DNA of 64,000 bases from Acidobacteriota bacterium (GCA_016191015.1 JACPPM010000301.1:5472-69471); one strand, 5' to 3'; positions 9,389-20,600 are shown, counted from the stretch's first letter. Numbers and translations are program-made. The notes: generated by a model from the letters alone, not told the origin.

Positions 9389-10306
9389 CTACATCTTCGA
9401 GAGTGCGTCGAGCATCAGCTTCGCTTGAGGCACATTCGGGTCGTTCGCTGGCGCGATCTGCAAGAATTTCTCGAATGTGGCTTTCGCCTCCGGTATCTTA
9501 CCCAGGTTCACGTACGCGGTTCCGAGCCAGTAGTGAGCGGAGGCGTGGTCAGGCTTGAGCTGGATTGCCTTTTCCCAGGCGGTGACGGCTTCCGGGATCC
9601 TGGAGTTGTTGAAATTCGCCGACCCCAGGTTGAAGAAGGTCTCGGGTTCGCCGGGGTCCACCTTCGCCGCCTGTTCGAAGGCATCGATGGCTGCCGGATA
9701 CTTCTTGAGATCCATGCTGACGTGTCCGAGATTGAACCACCCGGCAAAGCTCGACGGATCCGCCTGAGTGGCTCTCGCAAATGCGGCCTCGGCCTCGGCG
9801 AGTTTGTTCAGCTTCTCGAGGGCGAGGCCGAGACGGGTGAGGTAGGCGGGGTTGTCCGGCTCGGCCTCGAGCGCTCGGGCGAACGCCGCGACCGCCTCCT
9901 CGTGCTTCCCCTCTTCGAAGAGGGTTGTTCCCTGCATGGCGTCCTTTGTTCCGGGACTCTCTTTGACTGCAGCCATTTTCGGCATCTCGATGAGCTCGAG
10001 ATCGAGGACGGTCGCTTCGCCCAGCCCAACCTTCCACTCAGCGGACTGCGGAAGATAGCCCTCCATGCTGGCTTCGACAACGTACGTACCCACGGCCAGG
10101 CCAATTTGCGAGTAGAGCCCTTTCTTGTCGGTCTTCACATTGAAGGTGATCTTCGACGAGCCCTTGGCCGATATTTTGACGTTCGCCCCGGTCAGCGGCC
10201 CGATTCCCTTGGCTGTGACGGTACCCGTGAGCCGGCCGGTGGTGTCCGCGAAAGCGATGAATGCAAACAGGCACATCAGAGCCGTGACAAGAGTCTTCCT
10301 CATCAT
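9389..10306 (-). CDS. Secreted protein with a carboxypeptidase-regulatory-like (TTR-like) domain and TPR repeats
   Basis: Signal peptide, GRLTGTV..G.PL.GANV..TDKKG.Y, then several TPR units. Confidence 0.88.
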   Translation of the reverse strand: MMRKTLVTALMCLFAFIAFADTTGRLTGTVTAKGIGPLTGANVKISAKGSSKITFNVKTDKKGLYSQIGLAVGTYVVEASMEGYLPQSAEWKVGLGEATVLDLELIEMPKMAAVKESPGTKDAMQGTTLFEEGKHEEAVAAFARALEAEPDNPAYLTRLGLALEKLNKLAEAEAAFARATQADPSSFAGWFNLGHVSMDLKKYPAAIDAFEQAAKVDPGEPETFFNLGSANFNNSRIPEAVTAWEKAIQLKPDHASAHYWLGTAYVNLGKIPEAKATFEKFLQIAPANDPNVPQAKLMLDALSKM

Positions 10307-10319
10307 TGCCTCCCTCAAG

Positions 10320-11585
10320 CTAGAGTCTGTGCGCGTAAATGGGGAAACCCCGCACCAGCTCGCGCACCTTTTCTCCGACCATCTTCTGAATCGATTCATC
10401 GTCGACCTTGTCGAGCACGTCGGCGATGAGAGTACCAATCGTCTCCATCTCGGGTTCCTTCATGCCACGCGTGGTCAACGCTGGTGTGCCGATGCGCAGG
10501 CCGCTCGCCACCATCGGCGGGTTCTTGTCGAACGGGATCGTGTTCTTGTTCACGGTAATCCCGGCGCGGTCCAGGGCTGCCTCGGCCTGTTTCCCCGTCA
10601 GCCCTTTCGAGAAGACATCGACGAGGAAAAGGTGATTGTCGGTTCCTCCGGAGACGATTCGATACCCTCTCTCGGCAATGACCCTGGCCATCGTGGCGGC
10701 GTTAGCGCAGACCTGCTTCTGGTACTCCACGAATCCAAGCTCCATGGCCTCCTTGAGGCAGACGGCCTTCGCCGCGATGACGTGCTCAAGCGGGCCCCCC
10801 TGGCCGCCCGGGAAGACCTGCCTGTCCAGCTCCTTGGCGAACCGCTCGCGGCAGAGGATCAGTCCACCCCGCGGTCCGCGCAAGGTCTTGTGCGTGGTGG
10901 TTGTTACGAGGTCAGCGTGAGGCACAGGCGACGGATGGACCCCAGCTGCGACCAGCCCCGCGATGTGCGCCATGTCGACGATCATGATGGCGCCGGCTCG
11001 GCTGCATGTCTCCTGGATCCGCGCGAAATCGATCACACGCGGATAGGCGCTCGCCCCGACCATGATCACCTTCGGTCGGTGCTGGTCGGCCAAGGAATCC
11101 AGCTCATCGTAGTCCAGGAGCTCGGTCTCCTGCCGGACACCGTACGGGACGACCTTATACATCTGGCCGGAGAAGTTCAGGGGATGACCATGGGTCAGGT
11201 GACCTCCGTGAGAGAGGTTCATTCCCATGAGCGTATCGCCGTGCCGCATGGTGGCCATGTAGGCCGCGATATTCGCCTGGGTTCCGCTGTGTGGCTGCAC
11301 GTTGGCATGTTCGGCCGCGAAGAGCTTCTTGGCGCGGTCTCTCGCGAGGCTCTCGGCGACGTCGACGAATTCGCAGCCGCCGTAATAGCGGCGCCCGGGA
11401 TACCCTTCAGCGTACTTGTTGGTGAAGATCGATCCCAGGGCCTCCAGGACTGCCTCGGAAACGAAATTCTCGGATGCGATCAGCTCGAGCTGGGTCTCGA
11501 GGCGACGGGTCTCGGCGAGAAGTGCCGCATGGATTTCGGGGTCGGCGGCGGCCAGATTTCGTCTGATGTGTTCATGTGCGTTCAC
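10320..11585 (-). CDS. glyA: Serine hydroxymethyltransferase
   Basis: [35 protein letters not shown]. Confidence 0.98.
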   Translation of the reverse strand: MNAHEHIRRNLAAADPEIHAALLAETRRLETQLELIASENFVSEAVLEALGSIFTNKYAEGYPGRRYYGGCEFVDVAESLARDRAKKLFAAEHANVQPHSGTQANIAAYMATMRHGDTLMGMNLSHGGHLTHGHPLNFSGQMYKVVPYGVRQETELLDYDELDSLADQHRPKVIMVGASAYPRVIDFARIQETCSRAGAIMIVDMAHIAGLVAAGVHPSPVPHADLVTTTTHKTLRGPRGGLILCRERFAKELDRQVFPGGQGGPLEHVIAAKAVCLKEAMELGFVEYQKQVCANAATMARVIAERGYRIVSGGTDNHLFLVDVFSKGLTGKQAEAALDRAGITVNKNTIPFDKNPPMVASGLRIGTPALTTRGMKEPEMETIGTLIADVLDKVDDESIQKMVGEKVRELVRGFPIYAHRL

Positions 11586-12016
11586 GTTTGCTCTCCGTCT
11601 ATTTTGTTAATGCGGCGCAGATGCCTGCCGCCCTCGAATCCGGTCGCCATCCATTTCTCGACGATGCGGCGTGCTTGTTCGGCGGTTGTCAACCGAGCTC
11701 CCAGCACCAGAATATTGCTGTCATTGTGCTGGCGCGAAAGGCGAGCCATGTCTTCGTCACAGCAGAGCGCCGCGCGGACACCGGGGAACCGATTCGCCGC
11801 GATCGACATCCCGATTCCGCTCCCGCAGATCAGGATCCCCTGTTCGTATCGGCCGGCCGAAACGCCCCCGGCGAGCTCGCGGGCCACATCAGGGTAGTCG
11901 TTCGGATTCTCGTCGGGACACCCGAGGTCGAGCACCTCGATCGACTGCGCCTCCAGGAACCGCTTCAGCTCGCTCTTGAGTTTGAACCCGGCGTGATCCG
12001 AGCCGATCGCTACCAT
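11582..12016 (-). CDS. rpiB: Ribose-5-phosphate isomerase B
   Basis: [32 protein letters not shown]. Confidence 0.96.
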   Translation of the reverse strand: MVAIGSDHAGFKLKSELKRFLEAQSIEVLDLGCPDENPNDYPDVARELAGGVSAGRYEQGILICGSGIGMSIAANRFPGVRAALCCDEDMARLSRQHNDSNILVLGARLTTAEQARRIVEKWMATGFEGGRHLRRINKIDGEQT

Positions 12017-12058
12017 CATGCGCAATATAGCCCACTGCTCGCCGCTGAATCAAACGAG

Positions 12059-12087
12059 TTGCGCATGGTGGTGTTTGAACGTAGAAT
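12059..12087 (+). promoter_or_regulatory. Putative sigma-70 promoter for the REC-STAS gene
   Basis: TTGCGC-N17-TAGAAT, ending 13 nt before the ATG at 12101. Confidence 0.55.
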
Positions 12088-12100
12088 TTGTCCCAAGCAG

Positions 12101-12856
12101 ATGGCACAGTTGAAGGTCCTGGTCGTCGAGGACAGCCCGACGCAACAACTCAAGACTCGTCTTCCCTTACTCAATGCGGGCTACGAAGTGGTCGTCGCGG
12201 CAAACGGCGAGGAGGGGTACCAGGCCGCGCTGGCAAACAAGCCGTCCGTGATCCTGCTCGACATGGTCATGCCCGTTTGTGACGGACCCGGCATGCTGGC
12301 CAAGATCAAGGACGCTCCCGAGCTCCGCGACATTCCCGTGATCATGCTGACGGCCACCTCCGAATCAGAATCCATCATGAATGCGATTTCGATGGGGGCG
12401 AAGGACTATATAGTCAAGCCATTCTCGATCGAGGTGTTTGAACAGAAGCTGACCAAGTTCTTCCGCCATCTCAACCCCAATCTGAGCCAGACCGAACGGA
12501 TCGCGGCCGAGATCGACCGGAAGATCATCCGATACGACGAGTACGAGGGGGCGCACTTGTTCGAGGTCAAACCGGACAATATGAAGCTCGGCCTCAAGTT
12601 GGTCTTCTCCTATATCCGGCGCTTCCTGGCCATCGGCGAGCGTAATTTCGTGATCGACTTCTCTTCGTACCCGTCGCTTCCGGATGAGGCGATGACTACG
12701 CTCGTGGCCTGCATGTCCTCGCTGCAGAAGGGATCTGAGATCGTTCGCTTCATCGTGACGAATCCCAAGGTCCAAGGGCAGCTCCAAAGCGCGCCGGACA
12801 CGGCCTACGTCGGGATTCTGCGAAGTCGGAAAGAAGTCGTGCGGCACGGCTTCTGA
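12101..12856 (+). CDS. Response regulator: receiver domain plus degenerate STAS-like C-terminal domain
   Basis: VVEDS, LLDMVMP, MLTA, YIVKPF. The C-terminal FVIDFSSYPSLPDEAMTTLV...VRFIVTNPKV follows the STAS pattern. Confidence 0.85.
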   Translation: MAQLKVLVVEDSPTQQLKTRLPLLNAGYEVVVAANGEEGYQAALANKPSVILLDMVMPVCDGPGMLAKIKDAPELRDIPVIMLTATSESESIMNAISMGAKDYIVKPFSIEVFEQKLTKFFRHLNPNLSQTERIAAEIDRKIIRYDEYEGAHLFEVKPDNMKLGLKLVFSYIRRFLAIGERNFVIDFSSYPSLPDEAMTTLVACMSSLQKGSEIVRFIVTNPKVQGQLQSAPDTAYVGILRSRKEVVRHGF

Positions 12857-13026
12857 GTTCAAAGTTCAAAGTTCAATGCTCCACCCCGGAACGGCGGGCG
12901 CCGGTGTGGGCCTGAGCGCCGTCGGTCCCGTCGCATGAACATATTGCGGTCTGGGCACTCTCGCTTCACCCGAATCACCCGGGGCGCCTCCGGGTACTTT
13001 GAACTTTGAACTTTGAACTTTGAACT
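12856..13026. repeat. Heptamer-arm inverted element, family B: (AGTTCAA)x3, about 120-bp core, (TTGAACT)x4
   Basis: Arms at 12856-12876 and 12999-13026 are made of exactly reverse-complementary units. Confidence 0.9.
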
Positions 13027-13046
13027 TCTTGCACTATGTTATCGCG

Positions 13047-14801
13047 GTGACAGAGCACCAGATTCGGAGTGATGCGGAATTCATCCTGAGGGCGAGCAAG
13101 GTCCTCAACTCGACACTGGATTTCGATGAGCTGCTGACGCGGATTGTTGAGCTCACGGCCGAGGCGGTCGGTGCCGAGACCGGTTCGCTCCTTCTCTACG
13201 ACGAACGGCGCGGCGGACTGATCTTCGAGGTCGCGTTGGGTGAGAAGGGGGATCTGATCAAGGAGTTCGTCGTCGGGCCGGGCCAAGGAGTGACGGGAAG
13301 GGTGTTCGAGACCGGAGAGCCTGCGGTCGTCAACGACACTCAGTCGTACGCCGCGTTCTCGGGGACGATCGACAAGAAGGTGGGGTTCGAGACCCGTTCG
13401 ATCCTTTGCGTTCCTCTCCTGCTGCGCGGAAGGACGATCGGCGTGGTCGAAGCGATCAACAAATCGCGGGCCCGGCTTTTCGACGATCAGGATCTGCGGA
13501 TGATGCGATCTCTCGCGGACCTCATCGCCATCGCGATCGACAACAGCCGACTGTACTTGCAGGCCAGGTTGGAGAGGCTCGAGAACCAGTCGCTTCTGGA
13601 AGTGGCCAAGCGGGTCAACTCGGCCCTGAAGCTCGACCAGGTCCTCCAGATGATCGCCGACTCGATGCATCAGGTCATCCACTTCGACGCGCTGGCCATC
13701 TACCTGGTCAGACCAGGCACACGGGACATAGACCGCCTCATCCTGAACGGCTTCGACGAGCACCAGCACGATTCTGTGAGGCTGAAGGTGGGAGAAGGGA
13801 TCGTGGGGTGGTGCATCAGCAATGGCGAGTCCACTCTCGTGGCCGATGTTTCCCGCGACCCACGATACGTGAAGGCGCGCGACGAGACGCGTTCAGAGAT
13901 TGTCGCGGCTCTGTTTGTCGGGGGCCGCTGCATCGGTGCGATCAACCTCGAGAGCAACCGCATGTCCGCCTGGGATCAGCACCAGCTCGAGCTGCTCCGC
14001 GCATTTGCCGGACAGGTGTCTATCGCGATCGAGAAGGCGATGCTGCACCAGGAGCTCCTCGAGAAGAAGGAGCTCGAGCAGGAGCTCAACGTGGCCCACC
14101 GCATCCAGCGCACGTTCCTGCCGCGTCACCAGCCCGTCATCCCTGGCTACGATGTCGCCGGCCTGAACATCCCATCCGAGAAAGTCGGCGGTGACTACTA
14201 CGATTTCATCCGGATCATCGACACACAGCTCGGAATCGTGATCTCCGACGTCTCCGGAAAGGGGATCCCGGCCGCGCTGATCATGGCGAGCTTCAGGGCG
14301 AGCCTGTTGGCCGAAATCCGGAACAACTTCGCCATCCGCACGATCATGGCCAAGGTCGGGAAGCTTCTGCGGGAGTCCATTGAGCCACACCACTTCGTGA
14401 CGGCTCTGTACGGAGTCCTCGACATCCCCAACCGTGTTTTCACTTACGCAAACGCGGGGCACAACCCGGCAATCCTCATCCGCGCAGATGCGAGTGTCAA
14501 GTTCCTCAAAGACGGCGGCCTGCCCCTCTGCGTCCTCGAACAAGCCACCTACGCTGAAAAGCGCTTGCAACTGCGGGTCGGAGACCTCCTCGTGTTCTAC
14601 ACCGACGGAGTGACCGAGGCGTTCAACGAGCAGGAGGAGGAGTTCGGGCTCGAACGCCTCATCGCGGCTCTCCTGGCCGTCTACCCTCTGAGCGCTCGAG
14701 ACATCGTGGGGAGTGTCGCACAGGTCATCAGGGAATTCAACGGTACCGCTAGCCCCTCCGATGACCTCACTCTCGTAGCCCTCAAGTGCGTCCCCATTTG
14801 A
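13047..14801 (+). CDS. GAF-GAF-PP2C (SpoIIE/RsbU-type) serine phosphatase
   Basis: Two GAF domains; VGGDYYD, SDVSGKG, NAGH, YTDGVTEA, SDDLT. Confidence 0.93.
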   Translation: MTEHQIRSDAEFILRASKVLNSTLDFDELLTRIVELTAEAVGAETGSLLLYDERRGGLIFEVALGEKGDLIKEFVVGPGQGVTGRVFETGEPAVVNDTQSYAAFSGTIDKKVGFETRSILCVPLLLRGRTIGVVEAINKSRARLFDDQDLRMMRSLADLIAIAIDNSRLYLQARLERLENQSLLEVAKRVNSALKLDQVLQMIADSMHQVIHFDALAIYLVRPGTRDIDRLILNGFDEHQHDSVRLKVGEGIVGWCISNGESTLVADVSRDPRYVKARDETRSEIVAALFVGGRCIGAINLESNRMSAWDQHQLELLRAFAGQVSIAIEKAMLHQELLEKKELEQELNVAHRIQRTFLPRHQPVIPGYDVAGLNIPSEKVGGDYYDFIRIIDTQLGIVISDVSGKGIPAALIMASFRASLLAEIRNNFAIRTIMAKVGKLLRESIEPHHFVTALYGVLDIPNRVFTYANAGHNPAILIRADASVKFLKDGGLPLCVLEQATYAEKRLQLRVGDLLVFYTDGVTEAFNEQEEEFGLERLIAALLAVYPLSARDIVGSVAQVIREFNGTASPSDDLTLVALKCVPI

Positions 14802-14999
14802 GGGACTAGGGGCTAGGGACTAGGGTCCGGACCGATCTTGGCGCGGATCGGACACCACGTGGGTGCGACGCTTGCCTGACCCCCGGTGGGGTGGCTTCTT
14901 GATGGTCCGGAGATCGGTTCAATCCTTCACGGTGCTGACAATCTCTTGTCAAGGTCTCGGCGCTGTGGGCGTAGTCCCCAGCCCCTAGCCCCTAGCGCC
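14801..14999. repeat. Heptamer-arm inverted element, family C: (AGGGRCT)x3, about 150-bp core, (TAGYCCC-like)x4
   Basis: agggact aggggct agggact (14801-14821) and tagtccc cagcccc tagcccc tagcgcc (14972-14999). Confidence 0.85.
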
Positions 15000-15280
15000 T
15001 ACTTTTCATTCTGGCAGCCGGCACGGGCGTTATAGGAATGTATGCCTGTGCGGACGGGTCTGGAGAATTGACGAACCCCTCGTTGCCACGCATCGTGAAG
15101 GCCAGGACTTTTGGCTCTCTGGCGGGAGCTGGGTCTTCAGCCGCGGGCTCGGCGTGCCCCACAGAGATTCCGAAGCGCATACAGAGCACCACAGAAGACG
15201 CGCTCCCTCAGAGAGATCATGAGAGGGGCGATTCCGGTATTCCAATCAACTTATCCCATGGGGAGAGGAGACCAGGCGAG

Positions 15281-15994
15281 ATGAAGAAGTGGTTTGGGGC
15301 CACGTTCCTGGCCGTGATGGTCGGGGGGACGGCGTCGGCCGCGGTCCGGTTCGTGCCGATGGAGGAGATCGCGGCCGAGGCGGACACGGGAGTCGTCGGG
15401 CGGGTTGTTGACAAGTATTGTGCGTGGGACAACGAGCACAAGATGATCTGGACTCACTACATCGTGGACCAGATGCAGCACGTATTCGGCAAAGACGTTG
15501 AGGCCCGGTTCGAGCTCAACTTCGCCGGCGGCACGGTTGACGGCAAGACGATGATTGTCACCGAGACGCCGGAGCCCGAGATCGGTCAGGAGTACGTTTT
15601 CTTCGTGTACGACGCCACGAAGAAGTTCTCGGCGGCGACAGTCGGGCACTTCCAGGGCCTTTTCAAGATTGTCCGGAACCCGCAGACCGGCTTCACGCAG
15701 CTCGTCAACGGCGAAAACCGGCTCGTGGGTGGAGACGAAGATGGCCGGATCATTGCCGGCCCCGGCGTGACCGTGGATGCAGACAACCACATTCATCTCG
15801 CCCCGCTCAGCAGGGAGGAAGCCGGCACGCCTGAAGCCGAGCCGGTCATCCGCGACTATCGCGGCCAGATCGTCCCGGAGGGCGCGCGCGCCATCGCCGA
15901 TGCGCCAGGAGAGAAGCCCCTGGCCCCGATCGACGCCGACGCGTTCATTGACTATATGCGCGATCTGCGCGCACGCATCCGCGGTGAGAAGTAG
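15281..15994 (+). CDS. Secreted protein resembling the N-terminal pro-/accessory domain of matrixin-type proteases
   Basis: Signal peptide; AD.GVVGRV...W....IWT...FAGGTVDG...P....GQEYVFF pattern; ends 9 nt before the metalloprotease gene. Confidence 0.75.
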   Translation: MKKWFGATFLAVMVGGTASAAVRFVPMEEIAAEADTGVVGRVVDKYCAWDNEHKMIWTHYIVDQMQHVFGKDVEARFELNFAGGTVDGKTMIVTETPEPEIGQEYVFFVYDATKKFSAATVGHFQGLFKIVRNPQTGFTQLVNGENRLVGGDEDGRIIAGPGVTVDADNHIHLAPLSREEAGTPEAEPVIRDYRGQIVPEGARAIADAPGEKPLAPIDADAFIDYMRDLRARIRGEK

Positions 15995-16003
15995 GAGGGC
16001 GCG

Positions 16004-17491
16004 ATGAAGAAAACACTCGTTTCCCTGGTTCTCCTTCTCATCGCGGTTTCCCCAGCTCTGGCCCAGAACAGCGCCGACTGGCACGGGTGCTGGTGCGGCG
16101 GCTATTCGACCTCGCCCAAGACAGTGTACTGCTACGAGGGCTCCGGGTTCTCCGGCGGCTGCACGTCGCAGATCAACTACTGGAACACCCACGCGGGGGT
16201 GTTCAGCCTGGGAGCCAACCTGAGCGCGATCGGTGCCCCGGGCAACGGCAAGAGTGAAGTCAACTGCCCGATCACGACATCGCAGGCAAGCAGCGTATAC
16301 GGATACTCGATGCAGTCGTCTCTGTACGGTGTCGCCTTGATGGAGCCTTCCTCAGCCTTCGGGAACTTCAACGAGTGCGAGTCGATCGGTTCACCGAACG
16401 GCCAGCCCTCCGGCCAAGGATGCACCACCTGGACGCAGGCTGACGTGCTCATCAACGCCAGCTTCTCGTCGGGCTGGACTACCTCGTACACCGCCTATGA
16501 CGGCAAGGCCGTCGTCGCCACGACCGTGCTCCACGAAGTGGGTCACACCCTCGGCTTCCATCACGTCTTCCAGCACTTCTCGACAATGAACTACATGGAA
16601 GACGACAGCGGATGGTTCGTGACGCGGATCGACGCCAATTCCGTGCGCGACCATTATCCGACGGTCGCCAAGAGCGTGACCGACGCGGCCGTGTATCCGT
16701 TCAAGTACGGGTCGAGCCAGTACGCCGAGACCTACGCCACCTTTTCGCCGACCTCCGTCGCGGCGGGCGGCACCGTGTCGGTATCGAACCTGCGAGTGGA
16801 GAACGTCGGCAACGCGTCGAGCCTTTCGAACGTTGTGGTGACCTTCTACCTCTCCACCGACAGCAGCATCACCACCTCGGACACGGCGATCGGGACCATG
16901 AGCTGGTCCTCGTTCTCGACCTGGTGGGAGTCATCCTCGGCCATCAATCTGACGGTTCCGACTGGCACAACGGCGGGCACGTACTACATCGGTGGAATCG
17001 TGACCGTGAACGGGTCACAGGATTCCGTAAGCCTCAACAATTCCTTCGTGGTCCGCACCCGTAGCGGCTCGTCGGGAACCCCCCGCGCGCTCACGGTTTC
17101 CACGGGCGGCGGCGGCGGCGGCGGCACGACGATGAACGAAACCGAGTCGAATAACTCGCGGACATACGCCAACGTCGTTTCGACCTCCGGCACACAGGTC
17201 ACCGGCTATATCAGCAGCTCGAGCGACGTCGACTACTTCAAGGTGACGATTCCGGGGAAGAAAACGCTCTCGGTGGCTGTCACGGTCCCGGCGACGACCT
17301 CGATCGACTACGACGTCCGCCTCTACAACAGCAGCGGCTCTTACCTGACGGGCTCGGAGCAGGATGCCGGCATCAACGAGGCCTTCACCTACTACAACTC
17401 ATCCAGCTCCTCACGGGTGTACTACATCAAGGTCTATCGCTACACGGGGTACTCGACGACCCTGCCCTATGTGATGACCGTGAGCTGGTAG
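16004..17491 (+). CDS. Secreted metzincin (matrixin-like) metalloprotease with CARDB and PPC domains
   Basis: HEVGHTLGFHH plus Met-turn STMNY; CARDB-like VENVGN..VTFYLSTDSSITTSD; Gly7 linker from (GGC)7 at 17105-17125; PPC-like ETESNNS...SDVDYF. Confidence 0.88.
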   Translation: MKKTLVSLVLLLIAVSPALAQNSADWHGCWCGGYSTSPKTVYCYEGSGFSGGCTSQINYWNTHAGVFSLGANLSAIGAPGNGKSEVNCPITTSQASSVYGYSMQSSLYGVALMEPSSAFGNFNECESIGSPNGQPSGQGCTTWTQADVLINASFSSGWTTSYTAYDGKAVVATTVLHEVGHTLGFHHVFQHFSTMNYMEDDSGWFVTRIDANSVRDHYPTVAKSVTDAAVYPFKYGSSQYAETYATFSPTSVAAGGTVSVSNLRVENVGNASSLSNVVVTFYLSTDSSITTSDTAIGTMSWSSFSTWWESSSAINLTVPTGTTAGTYYIGGIVTVNGSQDSVSLNNSFVVRTRSGSSGTPRALTVSTGGGGGGGTTMNETESNNSRTYANVVSTSGTQVTGYISSSSDVDYFKVTIPGKKTLSVAVTVPATTSIDYDVRLYNSSGSYLTGSEQDAGINEAFTYYNSSSSSRVYYIKVYRYTGYSTTLPYVMTVSW

Positions 17492-17511
17492 CTCAGAGTC
17501 TCGCACCGACG

Positions 17512-17545
17512 AGGGGAGCCTGGTTCCCGCCAAGCTCCCCTTTTT
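17512..17545 (+). terminator. Rho-independent terminator
   Basis: aggggagc...gctcccct stem followed by a T run. Confidence 0.8.
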
Positions 17546-17658
17546 CGTCTTCGGACGGACGCGCCGCAGCGATCGTACCCCCAGACATGCATGGACACGG
17601 GCAATGATGCCGGGTACTATCTTCTCGAAGCCGGCGATTTGGGCAAGGGAGCGATCTG

Positions 17659-20600
17659 GTGCTACTGCGCGCTGCGAAAGTCTTCTGTCTCCTCTTCTTG
17701 GTCTTCATCGGCACGCCCTGCTGGGGGCTCGATCCGTCGAAGGCCTTGACACAGTACCGGCATGATGTCTGGCAGACCCGCGACGGGCTGCCCCAGAGCA
17801 GCGTCGAGTCGATGGTGCAGACCCGGACCGGGTATCTGTGGCTCGGCACGCAGGAGGGGCTCGCTCGTTTCGATGGCGTTCGATTCGCGGTGTATGACAA
17901 GAGCAACACCAAGGCCATTCGGCACAATCGCATCCTCGCTCTCCTCGAGGACCGCCGAGGGTCACTCTGGATTGGAACGGAAGGCGGAGGCCTTGTCGAG
18001 CTCAGCGACGGGCTTTTCCGCAACTTCTCCAAGAGTGAGGGGTTGCCCGACGAGCGCGTATTAGCGCTGGCGGAGGATCATGATGGCAGGCTCTGGGTGG
18101 GCACCGGCAGCGGGCTTGCGTGCTACCGGGACGGTACGGTCGACGCGGGAAGGAGCGTGCCGGAGCTCATCGGCACGCCCATCGAGTCGCTGGCGGTCGC
18201 CGCAAATGGGAAGCTCTGGATCGGCACGGCAGGACGTGGGCTCTTTCGTTACGATCATGCGCAGGTCGAGCGGGTGGGGCCCGATGGAGAGGCTCAGAGC
18301 ACGGTCGCCAAGGTCTTCTGCGACGCGGACGGGAGCGTCTGGTTCGCCTCGAATGCGCGTCTCTATCGCCTCCAAGAGGGACCGAGCGCGCGGGTTGATG
18401 AGCAGTCGTGGGCCCGCTGGGGGAGCATCGGCGAAATCTACCGGGACCGCCAAGGCTCTCTCTGGGTTGGAACCGACGCCGGCGTTGTGAGGTTTCGGGA
18501 TGGTCGTGTGGAGTCCTACTCGGTCAAGGACGGTCTCTCCAACGACGTCATCCACTGCATTCTCGAAGACCACGAAGGCAGCCTCTGGATCGGTACGATG
18601 GACGGCGGCTTGAACAGATTCGCAGACGGTGCCTTCACGACGTACTCGACGGCTGAAGGGCTCTCCCACGACATCGTCAGTCCGATCTATCAGGATCGGG
18701 AAGGGCGCATCTGGATCGGGACGCGCGGAGGCGGCGTCAACTGCTATGCACGCGAGGGATTCACGACCTACACAGCGAGGGACGGGCTGGCCGACGACTT
18801 CGTCCAAGCCATCGTCCAGGATCGCGAGGGGACACTGTGGTTCGGCACGAAACGCGGCGGCCTTTGCAGCCTCCGCGAAGGCAGGTTCAAAACCTACACC
18901 GATCGCGACGGTCTTCCGATCGCATCCGTGCGCGCGCTCTTCGAGGATCGGCGCGGCGATCTTTGGGTTGGGACTCTGAACCACGGCCTCGCCCGATTTC
19001 GGGACGGCGGATTCCAGTTGTTCACGACGAAGGACGGCCTGACCAACAACACCGTCTTTTTCATCCTCGAAGACCATGAGGGTACCGTCTGGTTCGCCAC
19101 CAACGGCGGCGGTCTCAACTACTACCGCGACGGCCGATTCGGCGCGATCACGACGAAAGAGGGTCTCTCGATCGACATCGTCAACACACTCCATGAAGAC
19201 GCCGCCGGCACACTGTGGATCGGAACATATGGCGGCGGGCTCAACCGGCTGACGCACGGGCGCCTGTCCTCCTACACGACCCGCGAGGGTCTTTTCGATG
19301 ATGCCGTCTTCCGAATCCTCGAGGACGGCAGCGGCAATCTCTGGATCTCGTGCAACAAAGGAATCTACCGCATCGCGAAGCATCAGTTCGATGAGCTGGA
19401 TCGGGGCGGGAGGCGTTTGCTCGAACCCGCCGCGTTTGGCGTCGTTGACGGGATGAAAAACCGTGAATGCAACGGTGCCGATCAGCCGACCGGCTGGAAG
19501 ATGCGCGACGGGACGCTCTGGTTCCCGACCATCCAAGGTGCCGTGATGGTCGACCCCGCGCATCTGCCCACGAACACGCTTCCCCCGGCGGTTGTCATCG
19601 AGGAGCTGCGCGTGGACGACCGCGTTGCCGGCATCGCCGCAACCCCGGAAATCCCTCCCGGGGCTCAGAGGGTCGACATCCAGTACGCGGGGCTGAGCTT
19701 CCGGGTGCCGGCGAGGGTTCGTTTCCGCTACAAACTCGAAGGGTTCGACGGCGACTGGGTCGATGCGGGCGCACGGCGGACTGCCTACTACACGCGCCTG
19801 CCACCGGGCTCATACCGGTTTCGCGTTCAGGCCTGCAACGATAGTGGTGTCTGGAACACGGTCGGTGCCACGCTCGGCCTCGTGATCATTCCCCACATCT
19901 ATCAGAGGCCGTTATTCTACTTCGCGCTCATGGCGGTCGCTGCCATCCTCGTGATTTCTATCCATCGCCTACGGGTACAGCGGCTGAAGAGACGCGAACG
20001 AGAGCTCGTCGAGATCGTTGAACAGCGAACGCAGAGTCTGCGGCTGGAGATGGAGAGGACCGCCCGGGCGCTCCGCGAGGCGGAGGAGCAGCGGGAAATC
20101 GCACATGCGGCCAAGACCGAGGCCGAAGCGGCCAACCGGATCAAGAGCTGGTTTGTGGCGAACACGAGCCATGAGCTGCGCACGCCGATCAACTCGGTCC
20201 TCGGCTATAGCGAGATGCTGATAGAGGAGGCCGAGGAGAGCGGGAATCTCGTCGCCATCCCTGACCTGAGAAAGATCCACGCCGCCGGGCGACATCTTCT
20301 CGGGTTGATCAACGACATCCTGGACCTTTCGAAGATCGAGGCCGGCAAGCTGGACCTGCAACTCGACACTTTTGACCTGGGCGCGTTGGTCGAAGAGGTC
20401 GCTGCGAGTGTGCGGCCGCTCATCGAGAAAAACGGCAACGCGCTTGCCGCCGATGGAACTGATGTGGCCGGATCGATCTGCGCCGACCCCGCTCGCGCCC
20501 GCCAGATCCTGTTGAACCTCTTGAGCAACGCGGCGAAGTTCACGCGTGACGGGGAGGTGCGTCTCGAGGTGAGGCGCGAGACGGATCGCGTGTTGATGCG

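Noticed and set aside
10125..11897. 590-aa plus-strand ORF
   Set aside because: Antisense shadow of glyA/rpiB with no recognisable motifs; typical of high-GC codon bias.
15000..15280. Possible riboswitch or sigma-54 promoter upstream of the protease operon
   Set aside because: CGGCACG-N4-TTAT lacks the -12 GC and no recognisable aptamer is present. The ORF extension from 15038 is probably not translated, since the signal peptide starts at 15281.
17105..17125. (GGC)7 tract as a phase-variation site
   Set aside because: It is an in-frame trinucleotide encoding a Gly linker, so slippage would not shift the frame.
18061..19563. 500-aa minus-strand ORF with internal periodicity
   Set aside because: Antisense mirror of the propeller repeats of the histidine kinase.
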